IMG/VR virus record: IMGVR_UViG_3300042858_000011 | Location: 24,010-88,009 of that record | DNA length: 64,000 nt | Source of the DNA: a virus | Lineage: Duplodnaviria; Caudoviricetes | Reading direction: 5' to 3' (one strand) | Shown: positions 1 through 11,146 of the stretch, piece after piece | Numbering within the stretch: position 1 is the stretch's first letter | How the letters are laid out: the number at the start of each line of letters is the position of its first letter | The notes under the pieces: generated by a model | The model's database searches: none | What the model was told of the DNA's origin: nothing | Seen by the model: the letters and a program-made list of their open reading frames with translations, nothing else | Position numbers and translations under genes: made by a program

Positions 1-556
1 TCTGAAATCTGAAATAATAGTTACCATCAAAACGATACAGGCTATGAAAATTTCTCTCTTTAATGAAATCATAATAGAGTGCATACACAGAACCCTGATT
101 TATCAGCAATGGTATCAAACCTGAATGTCTTTCAAAATACAATATATAAACAATCATAGGCTGTTTAACATATAAATCCAGTAGATAAACATAGCCTGTT
201 TCTGCTATCTTCCAATTACCAGGTGGATAATCTCTTTCTCCTTTGAATTTAAGTTCAGTAAATGGAACAACGTATTGTGTTATTATCATCATTCTGTCTT
301 CATGCAAACTTTTTGGCCAGTGTCTACATACTAATACTCTGTATAATGCTTGTCTATCATCAAAATAGAATGTTTTGCCCAACGAAAGAAACCTATTTGC
401 AAGCAACGGATTAGGTAAAGCCATATACAAATCAATTAGTAATCCTTTCTGTGGATGATAGTTTAGTTTAATAGTGTAAAAGCTACGAAACAAAGGTATG
501 TATAGTTTTTTGTTATTGAAATTAAATCTTATGTTTAGATGCCTATGTTCTTCCAT
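1..556 (-). CDS. hypothetical protein, partial (runs off window start)
   Basis: Manual translation: open frame from ATG at 556 (MEEHRHLNIRFNF...) to position 1; AGC motif 13 nt upstream; not in ORF track. Confidence 0.75.
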   Translation of the reverse strand, partial: MEEHRHLNIRFNFNNKKLYIPLFRSFYTIKLNYHPQKGLLIDLYMALPNPLLANRFLSLGKTFYFDDRQALYRVLVCRHWPKSLHEDRMMIITQYVVPFTELKFKGERDYPPGNWKIAETGYVYLLDLYVKQPMIVYILYFERHSGLIPLLINQGSVYALYYDFIKERNFHSLYRFDGNYYFRFQ

Positions 557-576
557 ACTTTCAGCTGCTTTACAAT

Positions 577-2592
577 ATGACTTTTATTGTGGATGCAAAA
601 GCATACAGTCCATTTGTAAAAGATCGTATCAAAAATCTTGAAGTTGAGTATGATGAATTGTATGTTGACACAAATAGTATAACTTACAACTTTAGAGTTG
701 ACAGTTATTATAGTGATAGTTCTGCTCCAGTTTTATTTGTTAACAGAACAATTGATCTCAAAGTGATAACCAAAAAAGTAAATACTTTCAATAGATTGCT
801 TACTGATATAGAGAATGAAGCTTTTGGTTCCTATATTTGGAAGTATCAAAATACAATACTAGGTCTTGGTAGAAGAATTTCAGATCGTATTGCTTACACA
901 GACTTTGATATAGAGCATACGAACTCTTATCCGTCAATCAAATTAAGATTTCAACTGGATAGATCATTATTACCTATTGTTGATGTTCGCACTATATACA
1001 CTTCACAACGTTTATCAGTTTCAGATATTATGAACAAAACTATTAATAAATTTAACGAATTGATAAGTAGTTTTGCTATCTCAAAGATAAAATTTCTGTC
1101 GCATCCTTTTAATGATGTTGAAGCAAGCTACTTTACAAAAAGTTATAGAAATGATTTAGTGCTCACATTGTATGATATACTAAACCTCTGTGTGCAAGAC
1201 TATAAGCCTGTAGATTTATCTCTGTTATCTTATATTGCTCAACAAGAGAATGAATTAACTTTATATCTAATTCCGCTTACTGTTGATAATATAAATCCTA
1301 ATTCAGATTTTCCTGTTTTAACAAATATATTTGTTGATCAAAACATTTATCTTACAGAGAATGAATACAGTTTTAAGAAATATGATGATGTGATCGAAAT
1401 ACTCAAGAGTAACGCTTCGCAGCATACTAAACACAAAGCCATCGCTATTTTTAATCACAATTTACAACAACCAGATACAAATACACAAAGAAGAACAGAT
1501 GTTGTAGATAGTGATGGAAATTATTTGTCTGCAATGGAAAATATCTCCAATGAATCTAGTAGTATGTTTGATTATAAACAGATAACAGAATCACTACTAA
1601 AACTCAATACTTTTGTAACAAGAAACTCAAAACTAATTAAGTTTAACAATGATGATGTAATTATGGTTTATAATGACCGATATAGCAGTGAGCTAGACCT
1701 AGATTTTGATTTTCCATTTTTATGTAGATACAGTGAATTTTATTTACGACCTACATCCAATTCTACAATTATTAGGATAGCTAATTTGGTTATTCCATTT
1801 AATCTAACAATAGGTTTAGTAAATATATTGGATGTTGATCTAACTCCATCTACAAATAATACAATCACACCTCAATCATCTAGCAATAATCTTTATAAAC
1901 GAGTAGAACAGGGATTAGAACAAAGATTGAATGAGTATATGCAAGCAAATAATCTGCAAGAAAAAAGAGTCATCAAATACTATAGGGTTCTACCAAATGA
2001 TTTGGATAACATTACTCTAATAGTTAATGTGTTAGAGAGAAGTCTTGTGTTAGCACATCAGTTAGCTAAAACAGATGAAAAGCAAATGTATGCTAGAAGA
2101 GCAGAACAATTGCTAAATGAGAATAAAAGCAGTATTGCACCCATTATAAATATTACACCAACTAACTTTTCCAATCTTATCAAGAATTCACATAGCACAC
2201 TATCTGATTTGTTGAGAAAAGATTATTATCATTTTGGTAGACCTGAACAAGTTTCTATTATTTTCACATCGCTAGGCAATCTTGGTAATATCAATCAGCA
2301 ATTATATAACCTAATAAACGTAATTAAAGATGGATCAGGATCAGAACAAAACATATTAGAAATGTTAAATCAGTTTGCTACAAACGTTAACAATATTTTA
2401 CGACTTTTTACTTATCTACCAGATAACAATAAGCAAATTCTACGAAATATTATAGATGATGTCCTAACAAATTTAAACTATCTGCTAGGATTGATTGACA
2501 AAATTATAACAACAGATACCACAAGATCTATGATAATAAATCAAATTGAGAGCATTATGTATAGTATACAGCAAAAAACGAGTTTTGTTTAG
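577..2592 (+). CDS. hypothetical protein, probable virion/late protein (671 aa)
   Basis: Long ORF, AGC-class upstream motif; no family recognised. Confidence 0.6.
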   Translation: MTFIVDAKAYSPFVKDRIKNLEVEYDELYVDTNSITYNFRVDSYYSDSSAPVLFVNRTIDLKVITKKVNTFNRLLTDIENEAFGSYIWKYQNTILGLGRRISDRIAYTDFDIEHTNSYPSIKLRFQLDRSLLPIVDVRTIYTSQRLSVSDIMNKTINKFNELISSFAISKIKFLSHPFNDVEASYFTKSYRNDLVLTLYDILNLCVQDYKPVDLSLLSYIAQQENELTLYLIPLTVDNINPNSDFPVLTNIFVDQNIYLTENEYSFKKYDDVIEILKSNASQHTKHKAIAIFNHNLQQPDTNTQRRTDVVDSDGNYLSAMENISNESSSMFDYKQITESLLKLNTFVTRNSKLIKFNNDDVIMVYNDRYSSELDLDFDFPFLCRYSEFYLRPTSNSTIIRIANLVIPFNLTIGLVNILDVDLTPSTNNTITPQSSSNNLYKRVEQGLEQRLNEYMQANNLQEKRVIKYYRVLPNDLDNITLIVNVLERSLVLAHQLAKTDEKQMYARRAEQLLNENKSSIAPIINITPTNFSNLIKNSHSTLSDLLRKDYYHFGRPEQVSIIFTSLGNLGNINQQLYNLINVIKDGSGSEQNILEMLNQFATNVNNILRLFTYLPDNNKQILRNIIDDVLTNLNYLLGLIDKIITTDTTRSMIINQIESIMYSIQQKTSFV

Positions 2593-2594
2593 TA

Positions 2595-3215
2595 TTATTG
2601 TTCAAGCATTGTTATGTCAATACAAATACCTAGATCTGCATACTCTAATGTTGAGTATAATGTGATATGATCTTGTATGAGATATTTGTCTTCATTAAAC
2701 AAAACAATTAGTATTCTCTTGTCTTTTATATTGTTGTTGTAATTTTTTTGAATGATTTTATCATCGGTTGATATATAGAAAGCTACAATTTTGTTTTCAT
2801 ATTCTAATATTCCTTTGTCAAATATTAGTTGATCGTTATTGATTAATACATCTAGTTTTAATGAGCAAGGGTAGTTATTGTTTACATTGCCAAGTATATC
2901 ATTCAGTATATATGTTAATTCATCAATGATTTTACATTTATTGTTTACATTATTTAATGTCTCAAACTTACAAGCAAACGATAGATTTTTGCTTACAACT
3001 ACTTTGATATTTGCTCTGCAATAATCACTTATTAGATTTTTGTTTAATATAATCTTGTCATCATATAAAATACCTTCAATGTAATTTTTGTAAACTATTG
3101 GCTTTCCTTGTTCTGTTACAATAGTAAAATTTTTTACATCACTAGGTAAATCAATTAATGGATCTTTGATTTGAATAAATTGTGAGTTGCTTAATACATA
3201 GGCATATATATTCAT
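2595..3215 (-). CDS. hypothetical protein
   Basis: 206-aa ORF with CAA-N5-CTAAATTT-N6-ATG upstream. Confidence 0.7.
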   Translation of the reverse strand: MNIYAYVLSNSQFIQIKDPLIDLPSDVKNFTIVTEQGKPIVYKNYIEGILYDDKIILNKNLISDYCRANIKVVVSKNLSFACKFETLNNVNNKCKIIDELTYILNDILGNVNNNYPCSLKLDVLINNDQLIFDKGILEYENKIVAFYISTDDKIIQKNYNNNIKDKRILIVLFNEDKYLIQDHITLYSTLEYADLGICIDITMLEQ

Positions 3216-3245
3216 ACAAAAAAATTTAGTTTAGTTGCTAAACTA

Positions 3246-5126
3246 TTAGGCTAGCACACGCTTCCAATCAATGTTTCTGCTAGCAGGAACATCAAACAAT
3301 TGTTTCACCTTTTCCTTAAACTTTTCAACTAATAGTTCTTGTTTTTGTTGAATAGTTACTTTATCAGATTTTAGTTTTAGGTAGTATATATATGTCTCTC
3401 TTGTTTGCGAGAATCTATATACTCTGGCTACTGCTTGATGCAGATCTACATCTCTAAAGGGTAAGTCTGCATACATAACTATCCTGCCTTCTGTTAAAGT
3501 AAAGCCAAATGATAAAGATGAATATGTTGCTATCAGTATTGTTCCTGGTTGCTGCTTGAATATTTGAATTGATTTTTTACGTTCTTTCAAAGATTGTTCT
3601 CCTGTAACAATTACAATATTCCTAATACCATGTTTCTCAAGAGTTTGTTTTATGGCTTCCAATGTGTATTTGTAGTTCGTGAATATTATTATTCTTTCCT
3701 GCTTGGAAACTAAATCTTTTATGAGCTTAATATTCTTTTCATATAACTCGATGACTAACTCTATTAATCTTTGTTTATATATACTACTTAATTCTTTAGT
3801 GAAACAAATCAATTTACCCATAAATAGTTGCGACATTGCTTTGTTAAATTGTTCAGCTAAAGTATGTTCGTTTCTACTTTGCAGAAAATCATAGATTTGT
3901 TTGCGAGCGTAAACTAAATCTCTTGTTAATTTAATTTGATTTTGTTTGGCGTTTTCCCTAATCATTTTTACATAATCACTAATTTGATTATCTGTATCAA
4001 CTTGTTCTATTTTTGATAGCACATCAATTAGGTTTTGTTTATAGGTGTTGTAGTTTTGATTTACTTGTTGCAGACAACCTGATGACTGATCTCTGGCTTG
4101 CTCAATAATACTATCAACTATGTATTTATCAATATTATCTACATTTGTTTCTATAACTATTTCATGTTTTGGTGGTAAGGATAGACTGCTACTAATTTGA
4201 CTTCTTGTTACTCTGATCATACTTAAACTAAGTCTATGCTTTATCAAATCTATAGCATGTGTAGCATAAGCTGAATTATAGGCTTTAATGAAATAAGGGT
4301 AAGCATCCATATCAAATAAAGGATCCAACAATAAAAATGCTCCTGATAGTTCAGCATATCTACCTTTGACTGGAGTTCCAGATAACAATAATACATCATT
4401 AATGTTGTTAGCAATGACAAATTTGTATAGAGATTGCATTGTCTGTGTATCAGCATATCTTATGACTTGAGCCTCATCTATGATAAGGAAAATTCTCTCA
4501 ATATTATAGTTCCACGGAACATGTATTTTTGAAACATTATTAAAGTTTGTTATGATTGCAATATGATTATGGTTTGGTTGATCTAAAGGAAAAGCGCAAA
4601 CCTGTTCTCTTGGTATGTTGGTTAATTTCTCAAATTCATCTAGCCAATTTAATATAAGTGTTTTGGGACAAACAACAATAACTTTTGTTCCATAGGCCAG
4701 TGATGTATATAGAGATGTTAGTGTTTTACCTGTGCCAACATCAAAGGCCAAATAATAACCTCTTAGTTTGAGGTTATCCTTATATTCACCGTAATGCTGA
4801 ACAAATTTATTTTGATGTGGCATTAACTCAACTTTGAAGATTTGTTTCGCTTTATCTAAATGTTTTGGTGTATCTGGTTTATGATCAAACAATATATGAT
4901 GCAATACAGTATTCTCAATTAGTTCACGAGCAATTTTTAGTTGATTGTTGGATATTAGTGATAGAACAATCTCAACTGTAAAAAAGCGATGAAATTTGTA
5001 GTATGTTTTGCTTCCTACTCTTACATCATCGATAATCATTTTTAAAAAATTTTTGTCCTGTTCACTAACATAATCTAGCAAATTCAAATCCGTTAGATAG
5101 AAGTTTTTGCTTTCAATAATTTGCAT
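3246..5126 (-). CDS. SNF2-family (SF2) helicase/ATPase
   Basis: Motifs FDVGTGKT (I), IIDEAQ (II), LSGTP (III), QAVARVYRFSQ (VI); start trimmed to MQIIE (alternative 5132). Confidence 0.9.
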   Translation of the reverse strand: MQIIESKNFYLTDLNLLDYVSEQDKNFLKMIIDDVRVGSKTYYKFHRFFTVEIVLSLISNNQLKIARELIENTVLHHILFDHKPDTPKHLDKAKQIFKVELMPHQNKFVQHYGEYKDNLKLRGYYLAFDVGTGKTLTSLYTSLAYGTKVIVVCPKTLILNWLDEFEKLTNIPREQVCAFPLDQPNHNHIAIITNFNNVSKIHVPWNYNIERIFLIIDEAQVIRYADTQTMQSLYKFVIANNINDVLLLSGTPVKGRYAELSGAFLLLDPLFDMDAYPYFIKAYNSAYATHAIDLIKHRLSLSMIRVTRSQISSSLSLPPKHEIVIETNVDNIDKYIVDSIIEQARDQSSGCLQQVNQNYNTYKQNLIDVLSKIEQVDTDNQISDYVKMIRENAKQNQIKLTRDLVYARKQIYDFLQSRNEHTLAEQFNKAMSQLFMGKLICFTKELSSIYKQRLIELVIELYEKNIKLIKDLVSKQERIIIFTNYKYTLEAIKQTLEKHGIRNIVIVTGEQSLKERKKSIQIFKQQPGTILIATYSSLSFGFTLTEGRIVMYADLPFRDVDLHQAVARVYRFSQTRETYIYYLKLKSDKVTIQQKQELLVEKFKEKVKQLFDVPASRNIDWKRVLA

Positions 5127-5152
5127 AAACATAAATCGCTGAGATATTATCG

Positions 5153-5635
5153 TCAAAACAACAAACATAAATAATAGACAAAACTATTTACAAAAACTAC
5201 TCGTGGTATGTATTTTTGCTCTATAATTAGGTTAAGAAATGTACTAACTATCAAATTATTTTCTACACCTACAGAATGATAACTATGAATTTCGAGATTA
5301 CTGTTTTCCATATCTATAGTAATACGTTTTTTGTAATACATAAGTATTATTGTTAAATTTTGAAGGTAATTGGTTTTCAGTGTGTTTGGAAATGATATGA
5401 ATGGTAATATAGGAACATATATATTTGGACAAAATTTGCTCAACATTATGTAAACGATAAATTTGGAGTAATCAACATTTTCTATTTTGTTGCAATTAGC
5501 TAGTAGATCTAGCAGAGTATCTTCAAAATTGTTGCTGTAGCCAAAACCATCAAACCATACGTCTACATAGGCTGAATTATAGTGTATAAATTTGATAAGT
5601 CTATTTATCGTTTCGTAAGCAGATTTAATGATCAT
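5153..5635 (-). CDS. hypothetical protein (possible tandem paralog of next gene)
   Basis: CTAAATTT-N6-ATG; similar size and weak similarity to 5661..6131. Confidence 0.6.
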   Translation of the reverse strand: MIIKSAYETINRLIKFIHYNSAYVDVWFDGFGYSNNFEDTLLDLLANCNKIENVDYSKFIVYIMLSKFCPNIYVPILPFISFPNTLKTNYLQNLTIILMYYKKRITIDMENSNLEIHSYHSVGVENNLIVSTFLNLIIEQKYIPRVVFVNSFVYYLCLLF

Positions 5636-5660
5636 AACAGAAAATTTAGATCATTTTTCA

Positions 5661-6131
5661 TCACATGAGTAGCGTTATGTAACTCAATATTGGAGCATTA
5701 AAATCTCTGACATAACTATTTATCAAAGCAACATTCGCAAATAAGTTTGCAAGTATGACATTCTGTATTGGTATTGCTGATGAAGGTGATAATATTAACT
5801 TAGAATTTTTATGTTTGTAATAAAATAGTGTTTTTATTTTGAAAGACAACTCATAAAATATAATATGATGCAAAATTTTGTTTATGTTTTTGCATAATAT
5901 TATCCTTATATTATCTAGCAAATCGACATTATGAAAATCAATATCTGTTGTGTAATTTGCTTGCAACAATAACATGTAAGTTATTATCTTTTCAAATGAA
6001 TCAACACTATCTAACAAACTTAACATAACATTACCAAATTCTGATGATCTATAGTAAAGTCCGTAATACAAATAAGGATAATGTAGTTTTGAGAATAATA
6101 CATCCTGTAACAAAGTCAGACTGGAATACAT
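5661..6131 (-). CDS. hypothetical protein
   Basis: CAA-N5-CTAAATTT-N6-ATG upstream. Confidence 0.65.
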   Translation of the reverse strand: MYSSLTLLQDVLFSKLHYPYLYYGLYYRSSEFGNVMLSLLDSVDSFEKIITYMLLLQANYTTDIDFHNVDLLDNIRIILCKNINKILHHIIFYELSFKIKTLFYYKHKNSKLILSPSSAIPIQNVILANLFANVALINSYVRDFNAPILSYITLLM

Positions 6132-6161
6132 GACAAAAAATTTAGTGTATTTGTAAAAAAA

Positions 6162-7763
6162 TTATTTGCCTGCGTATGCGAATGCAAATACTCTATTATT
6201 CATATTCTTAACATCTTGCTTAACTTTGTTTATATCCATAGAAGTAGATACGATGCGTCTTTTATGTAGCGTTTGTAGTATCTTTGCTCCAACCAATATT
6301 ACACCTATACCAATCAATCCTGCGATACCAACTTTGGCAAAAGTAGGTATATCGGAATATACTTGCTGCAATTTCTCTATTAGAGATTTACCAGTAGTTT
6401 GAACTTTTTCTGCTACATCACCAATCTTTTCAACAACTTCACCAGATTTTTGTTCTACATTAGCAGCAGTATCTTGAGCTTGTTTAGCAGCTTCCACTAT
6501 TTTATCTGTATTCAACGCTGTAAGCAAGCCAATTATAAAACCAAATATACCAGCACCAACAACTGGAGTAGCAGCTTTCAATATACCAACTAGAGCTGGA
6601 ATTATACCTGGATTTGCTTTTCTCTGACTAACTTTTGCGTAAGCTTCTTTGCTTACAAATTTACTTACTAGCTTTTTGTAATTGTTTATTCCTTTCTTAC
6701 CAGCTTGTTCGAAAATCGATACAGCTTCTTTTGCTACTTGTTTGACATCCAAAGTAGGATTTGTTACAATAAGAACACTAGCTATATCATCTAGCACAGC
6801 ATATGTAAGTTTGTCATTAGGTATGCTTGCAAATTCTCTAGCTGCTACTCTTACAGCTCTCTTCTTCATAATAAGCATTATTATTCCGACAATGCTTGCT
6901 GTTGCAACTGCTGTTGTGATGGTTGGATAATGTGTTACAAAATCTTTTATAAACTTAACTATAGATTCAACCTGTGATCCTATTTTTGAAAGTATTTGTG
7001 ATAACTCGGCTTTTAGTTTGCTGAAGAATGTAATTACCTCTTGGATGAATCTTTCAATAATATCACGAACCTTCATATAAACCTTCACAAATGGATCTTG
7101 TAGAATTCGTTTTTCCTCGGGAGTTAATACCTTATCTTTTATTTTTTCTTTAACTTCAGCTTTAAATTTTTCCCAACCTTGCTTAAAGTTCTCTGCTCCT
7201 TTCTTTTCCGAAATGTCTTGTGAATCTTGTTCCATTTTTACACCATAAACTTTGGATATATAGGAAGATGCAATAGCTGCAAAGTATGATTCAACATTAA
7301 TCATAGACTCAACATTTGCTTCCTCACCCTGTTCAACGTTAATTACCTCTATAGTAAATACAGCATCTTGCTCACCATATTTTGATCTAACATGAGATTG
7401 ATCAATCATTATATGCAAACTTTCACCTGGATTTGTAACTATGCTATTAGCCACTACTGCAGCACTATGTACAAATTCTTTAGGATTTTTTATGAATGGT
7501 ATTGATGGATTTGCTACGTTAACATAAACATCTACTTCTGATACTGGCAGATCTACTTCACCTACAACCACATTATTAATTTTTACTGTTGCTGATTGTT
7601 TTGAAGCTTCAAATACTATTGTCTCATCTAAATCATCAAATACATCAAAATCTTCTATTGCTGATTCTTTGGTTGTTTTACTATTGCTGACAATGGTTCT
7701 AATTACTCCTAAATATTGTCCTATCAAAAGACTATAAGGTGAAAGATATTCAGCTGTCAACAT
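6162..7763 (-). CDS. multi-pass membrane protein, probable virion/internal protein; paralog of 20983..22623
   Basis: Three Gly/Ala-rich hydrophobic segments; N-domain SATVKINNVVVGEVDLPVSEVDV matches NATVHIKNVAIGKTSIPVSDIRV of paralog; AGC-class motif. Confidence 0.7.
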   Translation of the reverse strand: MLTAEYLSPYSLLIGQYLGVIRTIVSNSKTTKESAIEDFDVFDDLDETIVFEASKQSATVKINNVVVGEVDLPVSEVDVYVNVANPSIPFIKNPKEFVHSAAVVANSIVTNPGESLHIMIDQSHVRSKYGEQDAVFTIEVINVEQGEEANVESMINVESYFAAIASSYISKVYGVKMEQDSQDISEKKGAENFKQGWEKFKAEVKEKIKDKVLTPEEKRILQDPFVKVYMKVRDIIERFIQEVITFFSKLKAELSQILSKIGSQVESIVKFIKDFVTHYPTITTAVATASIVGIIMLIMKKRAVRVAAREFASIPNDKLTYAVLDDIASVLIVTNPTLDVKQVAKEAVSIFEQAGKKGINNYKKLVSKFVSKEAYAKVSQRKANPGIIPALVGILKAATPVVGAGIFGFIIGLLTALNTDKIVEAAKQAQDTAANVEQKSGEVVEKIGDVAEKVQTTGKSLIEKLQQVYSDIPTFAKVGIAGLIGIGVILVGAKILQTLHKRRIVSTSMDINKVKQDVKNMNNRVFAFAYAGK

Positions 7764-7803
7764 ATTTTTAGTTAGCTAAATAATAAGTTCAATCAAAAAA
7801 TAA

Positions 7804-8397
7804 TCATAGAATCAATTCAACATAAGCTTTCTGTGTCTCATAAAGTCTAATTTTACTAAGTTGTATTTTTGCTGGAATTAATCCTATAGTTTTCATTCTA
7901 TCAAATATTTTTACAAACCAATTACATAAATTTTCTGCAGTCGGAACAAAATCAACGATTATGAAGCTCTGTTTATGTTCATTGGTAAATTCTTCATAAT
8001 ATCTATTGAATTTTGAAAATAGAGATTTTTCCTTATCTGTTGATACTAACTCTAGCTTACCATCCATCTCAGTAATGGTGTAATAAACTAAGCATTTAGA
8101 CCAATCTAGTCTGTTATTTGTTACTCCGGTTATTGATTCAAACAATGGATCATTTATATCCAAGATGAATTTATGATCGATAAATCTTTGTATAAAATCG
8201 TTTAGATAGTTGAAAAATGTGAAATCTAGCACCATACCGCTTTCATCTAGATCAGATGTAATAAATAATTCCAACACATATTCATGTCCATGTAGAAATC
8301 TACATTTATTTGGTCCCAATGATTTTGGTAAATTTTGCGAATGTACCCTGTGACCTGCAACAAAATTAATTTTTTTGGTTATAAGCATTTCACTCAT
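7804..8397 (-). CDS. queD: 6-carboxy-5,6,7,8-tetrahydropterin synthase QueD
   Basis: FVAGHRV, KCRFLHGHEY, GMVLDF, IDHKF, PTAENL, LYET motifs. Confidence 0.93.
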   Translation of the reverse strand: MSEMLITKKINFVAGHRVHSQNLPKSLGPNKCRFLHGHEYVLELFITSDLDESGMVLDFTFFNYLNDFIQRFIDHKFILDINDPLFESITGVTNNRLDWSKCLVYYTITEMDGKLELVSTDKEKSLFSKFNRYYEEFTNEHKQSFIIVDFVPTAENLCNWFVKIFDRMKTIGLIPAKIQLSKIRLYETQKAYVELIL

Positions 8398-8407
8398 ACA
8401 AAAAAAT

Positions 8408-9118
8408 TTAGATTGGTTGGTTTGTTTCAAGTAATGTTGATGCTACTTCTGTAAGCAATATATCTCTTTCTGCCATATAACTTACTAACTCAAATTCATC
8501 TTTAAATACTTCTTTTACAAAGAGTTTATCAATAGCTTTACCATAAACATAAACAGATGTTAACACATCTCTATATACATCAGCATCAATAGCATTTTCC
8601 ATGCTAATCATTAATTCTATATTCTCTAGCTCATCATTAGTTAGTTCATTCTTGGCTTCATTCACTATTTGAGCAACCCGAAGTTTTATATCATCTTCCT
8701 TGATGTAACAATACTTTGGTAGCAGATTTTGTTCAATCTTTTCCTGAACAGTTACTATTATGTTATTGATCAATGTGCTTATATTTTCATACTCCTTAGC
8801 TAACGACACATCTTCAAAGAGCATATACTCCAAAGCCTTACGATAAAATTCTTTCACATCAGTAATATAAGTTTGATCCTCTTTAATCTCATTTTTGCTA
8901 TTGTTTTCTGTTTGTTCTTGTTTTACTACCGATTTTATAACTTTTGCAAAGGATAATAGATTTTCATCTATTGTCGAACTCGCTTCATTTATAATTTTCA
9001 TTTGAATTTCTACTATCTCTTTATCTTTTTGTTCTATGGGTAACGGAACTATTGAGGATGATTCATCAACGTTTTCATCGCTGTTTAGAATAACCTTAAG
9101 TAAATCATCTCTAAGCAT
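8408..9118 (-). CDS. acidic helical hypothetical protein, probable virion/head protein
   Basis: AGC-class motif; acidic, contains SMEN possible maturation-protease site. Confidence 0.55.
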   Translation of the reverse strand: MLRDDLLKVILNSDENVDESSSIVPLPIEQKDKEIVEIQMKIINEASSTIDENLLSFAKVIKSVVKQEQTENNSKNEIKEDQTYITDVKEFYRKALEYMLFEDVSLAKEYENISTLINNIIVTVQEKIEQNLLPKYCYIKEDDIKLRVAQIVNEAKNELTNDELENIELMISMENAIDADVYRDVLTSVYVYGKAIDKLFVKEVFKDEFELVSYMAERDILLTEVASTLLETNQPI

Positions 9119-9153
9119 TTACTTGTAGCTTAACATTCTAAGCAATGAAAAAA

Positions 9154-9843
9154 TCAAATCTGTTGCTGAGACAATTTCAATAACAAATAGTTTCTGTATT
9201 TTAGGAATTTACTATCTACTCTTTTATTTTGAGGAACATTTTTTATATTTATCACAGAATTGATTTCTGTTGATATGGATACAGTGTAATCATATAATAG
9301 GTATATGATCAGTATAGCTATATGTCTATCTGTTTCTGTATTGTATTTGTTTGATGACAGTAGTTTAATGGTATGATAAGTGAAATATGCTAAAGGTAAA
9401 GAACCATAATATACCATTGGAGACAAATCTTTGTTAACAGTATAATTACTTTTGTATGTTATTAATGAAGGCTCCTTTAAAACAATTGGATATTGTTTAC
9501 TCATACTAATAGCCATACCAACTCTATCAAAAGCTAATCCTAATACATCATAATTATCAAAGAAGTTTAATAATTGCTCAAAGGGAACAACATAATAATC
9601 ATTTGTTTCTAATTCATCATTTACACAGTGTAATAGGTAGAGAATAGATGTCAAAGCCAAATCAGATTTTGGATCTACAATTGCATGATTGATACCATTT
9701 ATGGATTGTATGATAAATTTTTTGTTTGTATTAATGCTAATTTGTTTTGGGAGCTTAAAGTTAACATTTTTATCATAAGGAAATCCAAAATATTTCAAAG
9801 CCATATCAATGTTAGCAAATAGATTTGGATTTCTGACTAGCAT
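9154..9843 (-). CDS. hypothetical protein
   Basis: CAT-N5-CTAAATTT-N6-ATG upstream. Confidence 0.65.
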   Translation of the reverse strand: MLVRNPNLFANIDMALKYFGFPYDKNVNFKLPKQISINTNKKFIIQSINGINHAIVDPKSDLALTSILYLLHCVNDELETNDYYVVPFEQLLNFFDNYDVLGLAFDRVGMAISMSKQYPIVLKEPSLITYKSNYTVNKDLSPMVYYGSLPLAYFTYHTIKLLSSNKYNTETDRHIAILIIYLLYDYTVSISTEINSVINIKNVPQNKRVDSKFLKYRNYLLLKLSQQQI

Positions 9844-9921
9844 ATCTAAAAATTTAGAGTGGATGTGGTGTTATTTATTGTCACTTTAAGATTGTTTTAC
9901 AACGGATCTAAATATATTAGT

Positions 9922-10257
9922 ATGTTGTACGTTTTCAACTCACAAATTATACCACTGAATTGGCAATTAGCAGATTCTTATACCGTTAAGATTAAAAGGA
10001 TTGATGTGAATCAGGCGAGACAATTAGTTAATCAGAATCAATTTATATCCGCCATCGGACATGAATCAACAGCGAAATTGCTGTCAATGTTGTTAGGGAT
10101 AGACATTCCAATAAATAGAATTCAAGTTGAAATGGTTTCGGGAGATATAGGGTTACATTTTGTATTAAAAAAGAGATTACAAGAAGGACAAATAATTAAA
10201 GACATTCAGGAATTGCAAGAAATTGGGTTTGATTTAGTAATGAGCGAAGTTTTATGA
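9922..10257 (+). CDS. acrIII-1: AcrIII-1 family viral ring nuclease (DUF1874; STIV B116/SIRV1 gp29/YddF-like)
   Basis: 111 aa: MLYVFNS...FISAIGHESTA...INRIQV...LKKRLQEGQII match the family signature including the catalytic GH His. Confidence 0.9.
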   Translation: MLYVFNSQIIPLNWQLADSYTVKIKRIDVNQARQLVNQNQFISAIGHESTAKLLSMLLGIDIPINRIQVEMVSGDIGLHFVLKKRLQEGQIIKDIQELQEIGFDLVMSEVL

Positions 10258-10345
10258 TCAATATTTTCATTTCTATCCATTTTTTCAGTTTTTTTATGAA
10301 ACAAAAGTAACTCAAGGAGTTAGCTTCACAAAAAAATAGAATTTA

Positions 10346-11146
10346 TTATTCTATTGCTTCTGCTAGCTCATCTAAATCTTTTAGCAAATGATTTACTTTT
10401 GATTTGTTAGCATCATCAAGTAAACTCCACATATCAACATAAACTTGTGTATCATCCAACGCATAACTGAACAATATTAACATTAACAAAACATCATAGT
10501 TTTTATTCTGTTTAATTTTGTTTATGAATAACAATGTTTTACTAGCAATCATACGGAAAATCTTTCTTGATGGTAAGTTATAATCAAGAGTTAGTTTTAA
10601 TGCTTCAGTTAAATCTTCTATATTCAAATCAGAAGCATTTATGTATCTATATAGATGATACAATCTCTTATCGAGATTTAATAATTCTGACTCGTTTAAT
10701 TTTAATCCCAGGTTGATCTCAATAATTTTATAGTGTTTACTCAATATATTAGATAAAACTAAATTTTCCAAACCAAATTGTCTTAATAATATGTTTAACT
10801 CATTGTTAAGTCGTTTTAAAATCGATGTTAAGACATTTATTGTATTTTGATTGGGATCATCCTTGAATGAATAATACATAAAACGGTATATATCAAGTAT
10901 AATATCCTTTGATGGATAAGAATTAATTTTTTGCTCCAGTGTGTCTATCATCTTTTCTGCGTAATCATATCTACCTATTTGCAGCATAGCAAGGAAGATT
11001 CTATTGAATAAGATTATGTCAGGTATGTCATATTCATGTTTAAACACATCTTCAACAATATCTTCAAAATCAGTTTCATTAAGATTTGATGTTAGCTTAT
11101 AGAAGGCTCTAACCTCAGCTAAACTGTTTAGTAACATTTTATACAT
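10346..11146 (-). CDS. helical-repeat (TPR-like) hypothetical protein
   Basis: LAMLQIGRYDYAEKMI TPR-like segment; CTAAATTT motif. Confidence 0.5.
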   Translation of the reverse strand: MYKMLLNSLAEVRAFYKLTSNLNETDFEDIVEDVFKHEYDIPDIILFNRIFLAMLQIGRYDYAEKMIDTLEQKINSYPSKDIILDIYRFMYYSFKDDPNQNTINVLTSILKRLNNELNILLRQFGLENLVLSNILSKHYKIIEINLGLKLNESELLNLDKRLYHLYRYINASDLNIEDLTEALKLTLDYNLPSRKIFRMIASKTLLFINKIKQNKNYDVLLMLILFSYALDDTQVYVDMWSLLDDANKSKVNHLLKDLDELAEAIE

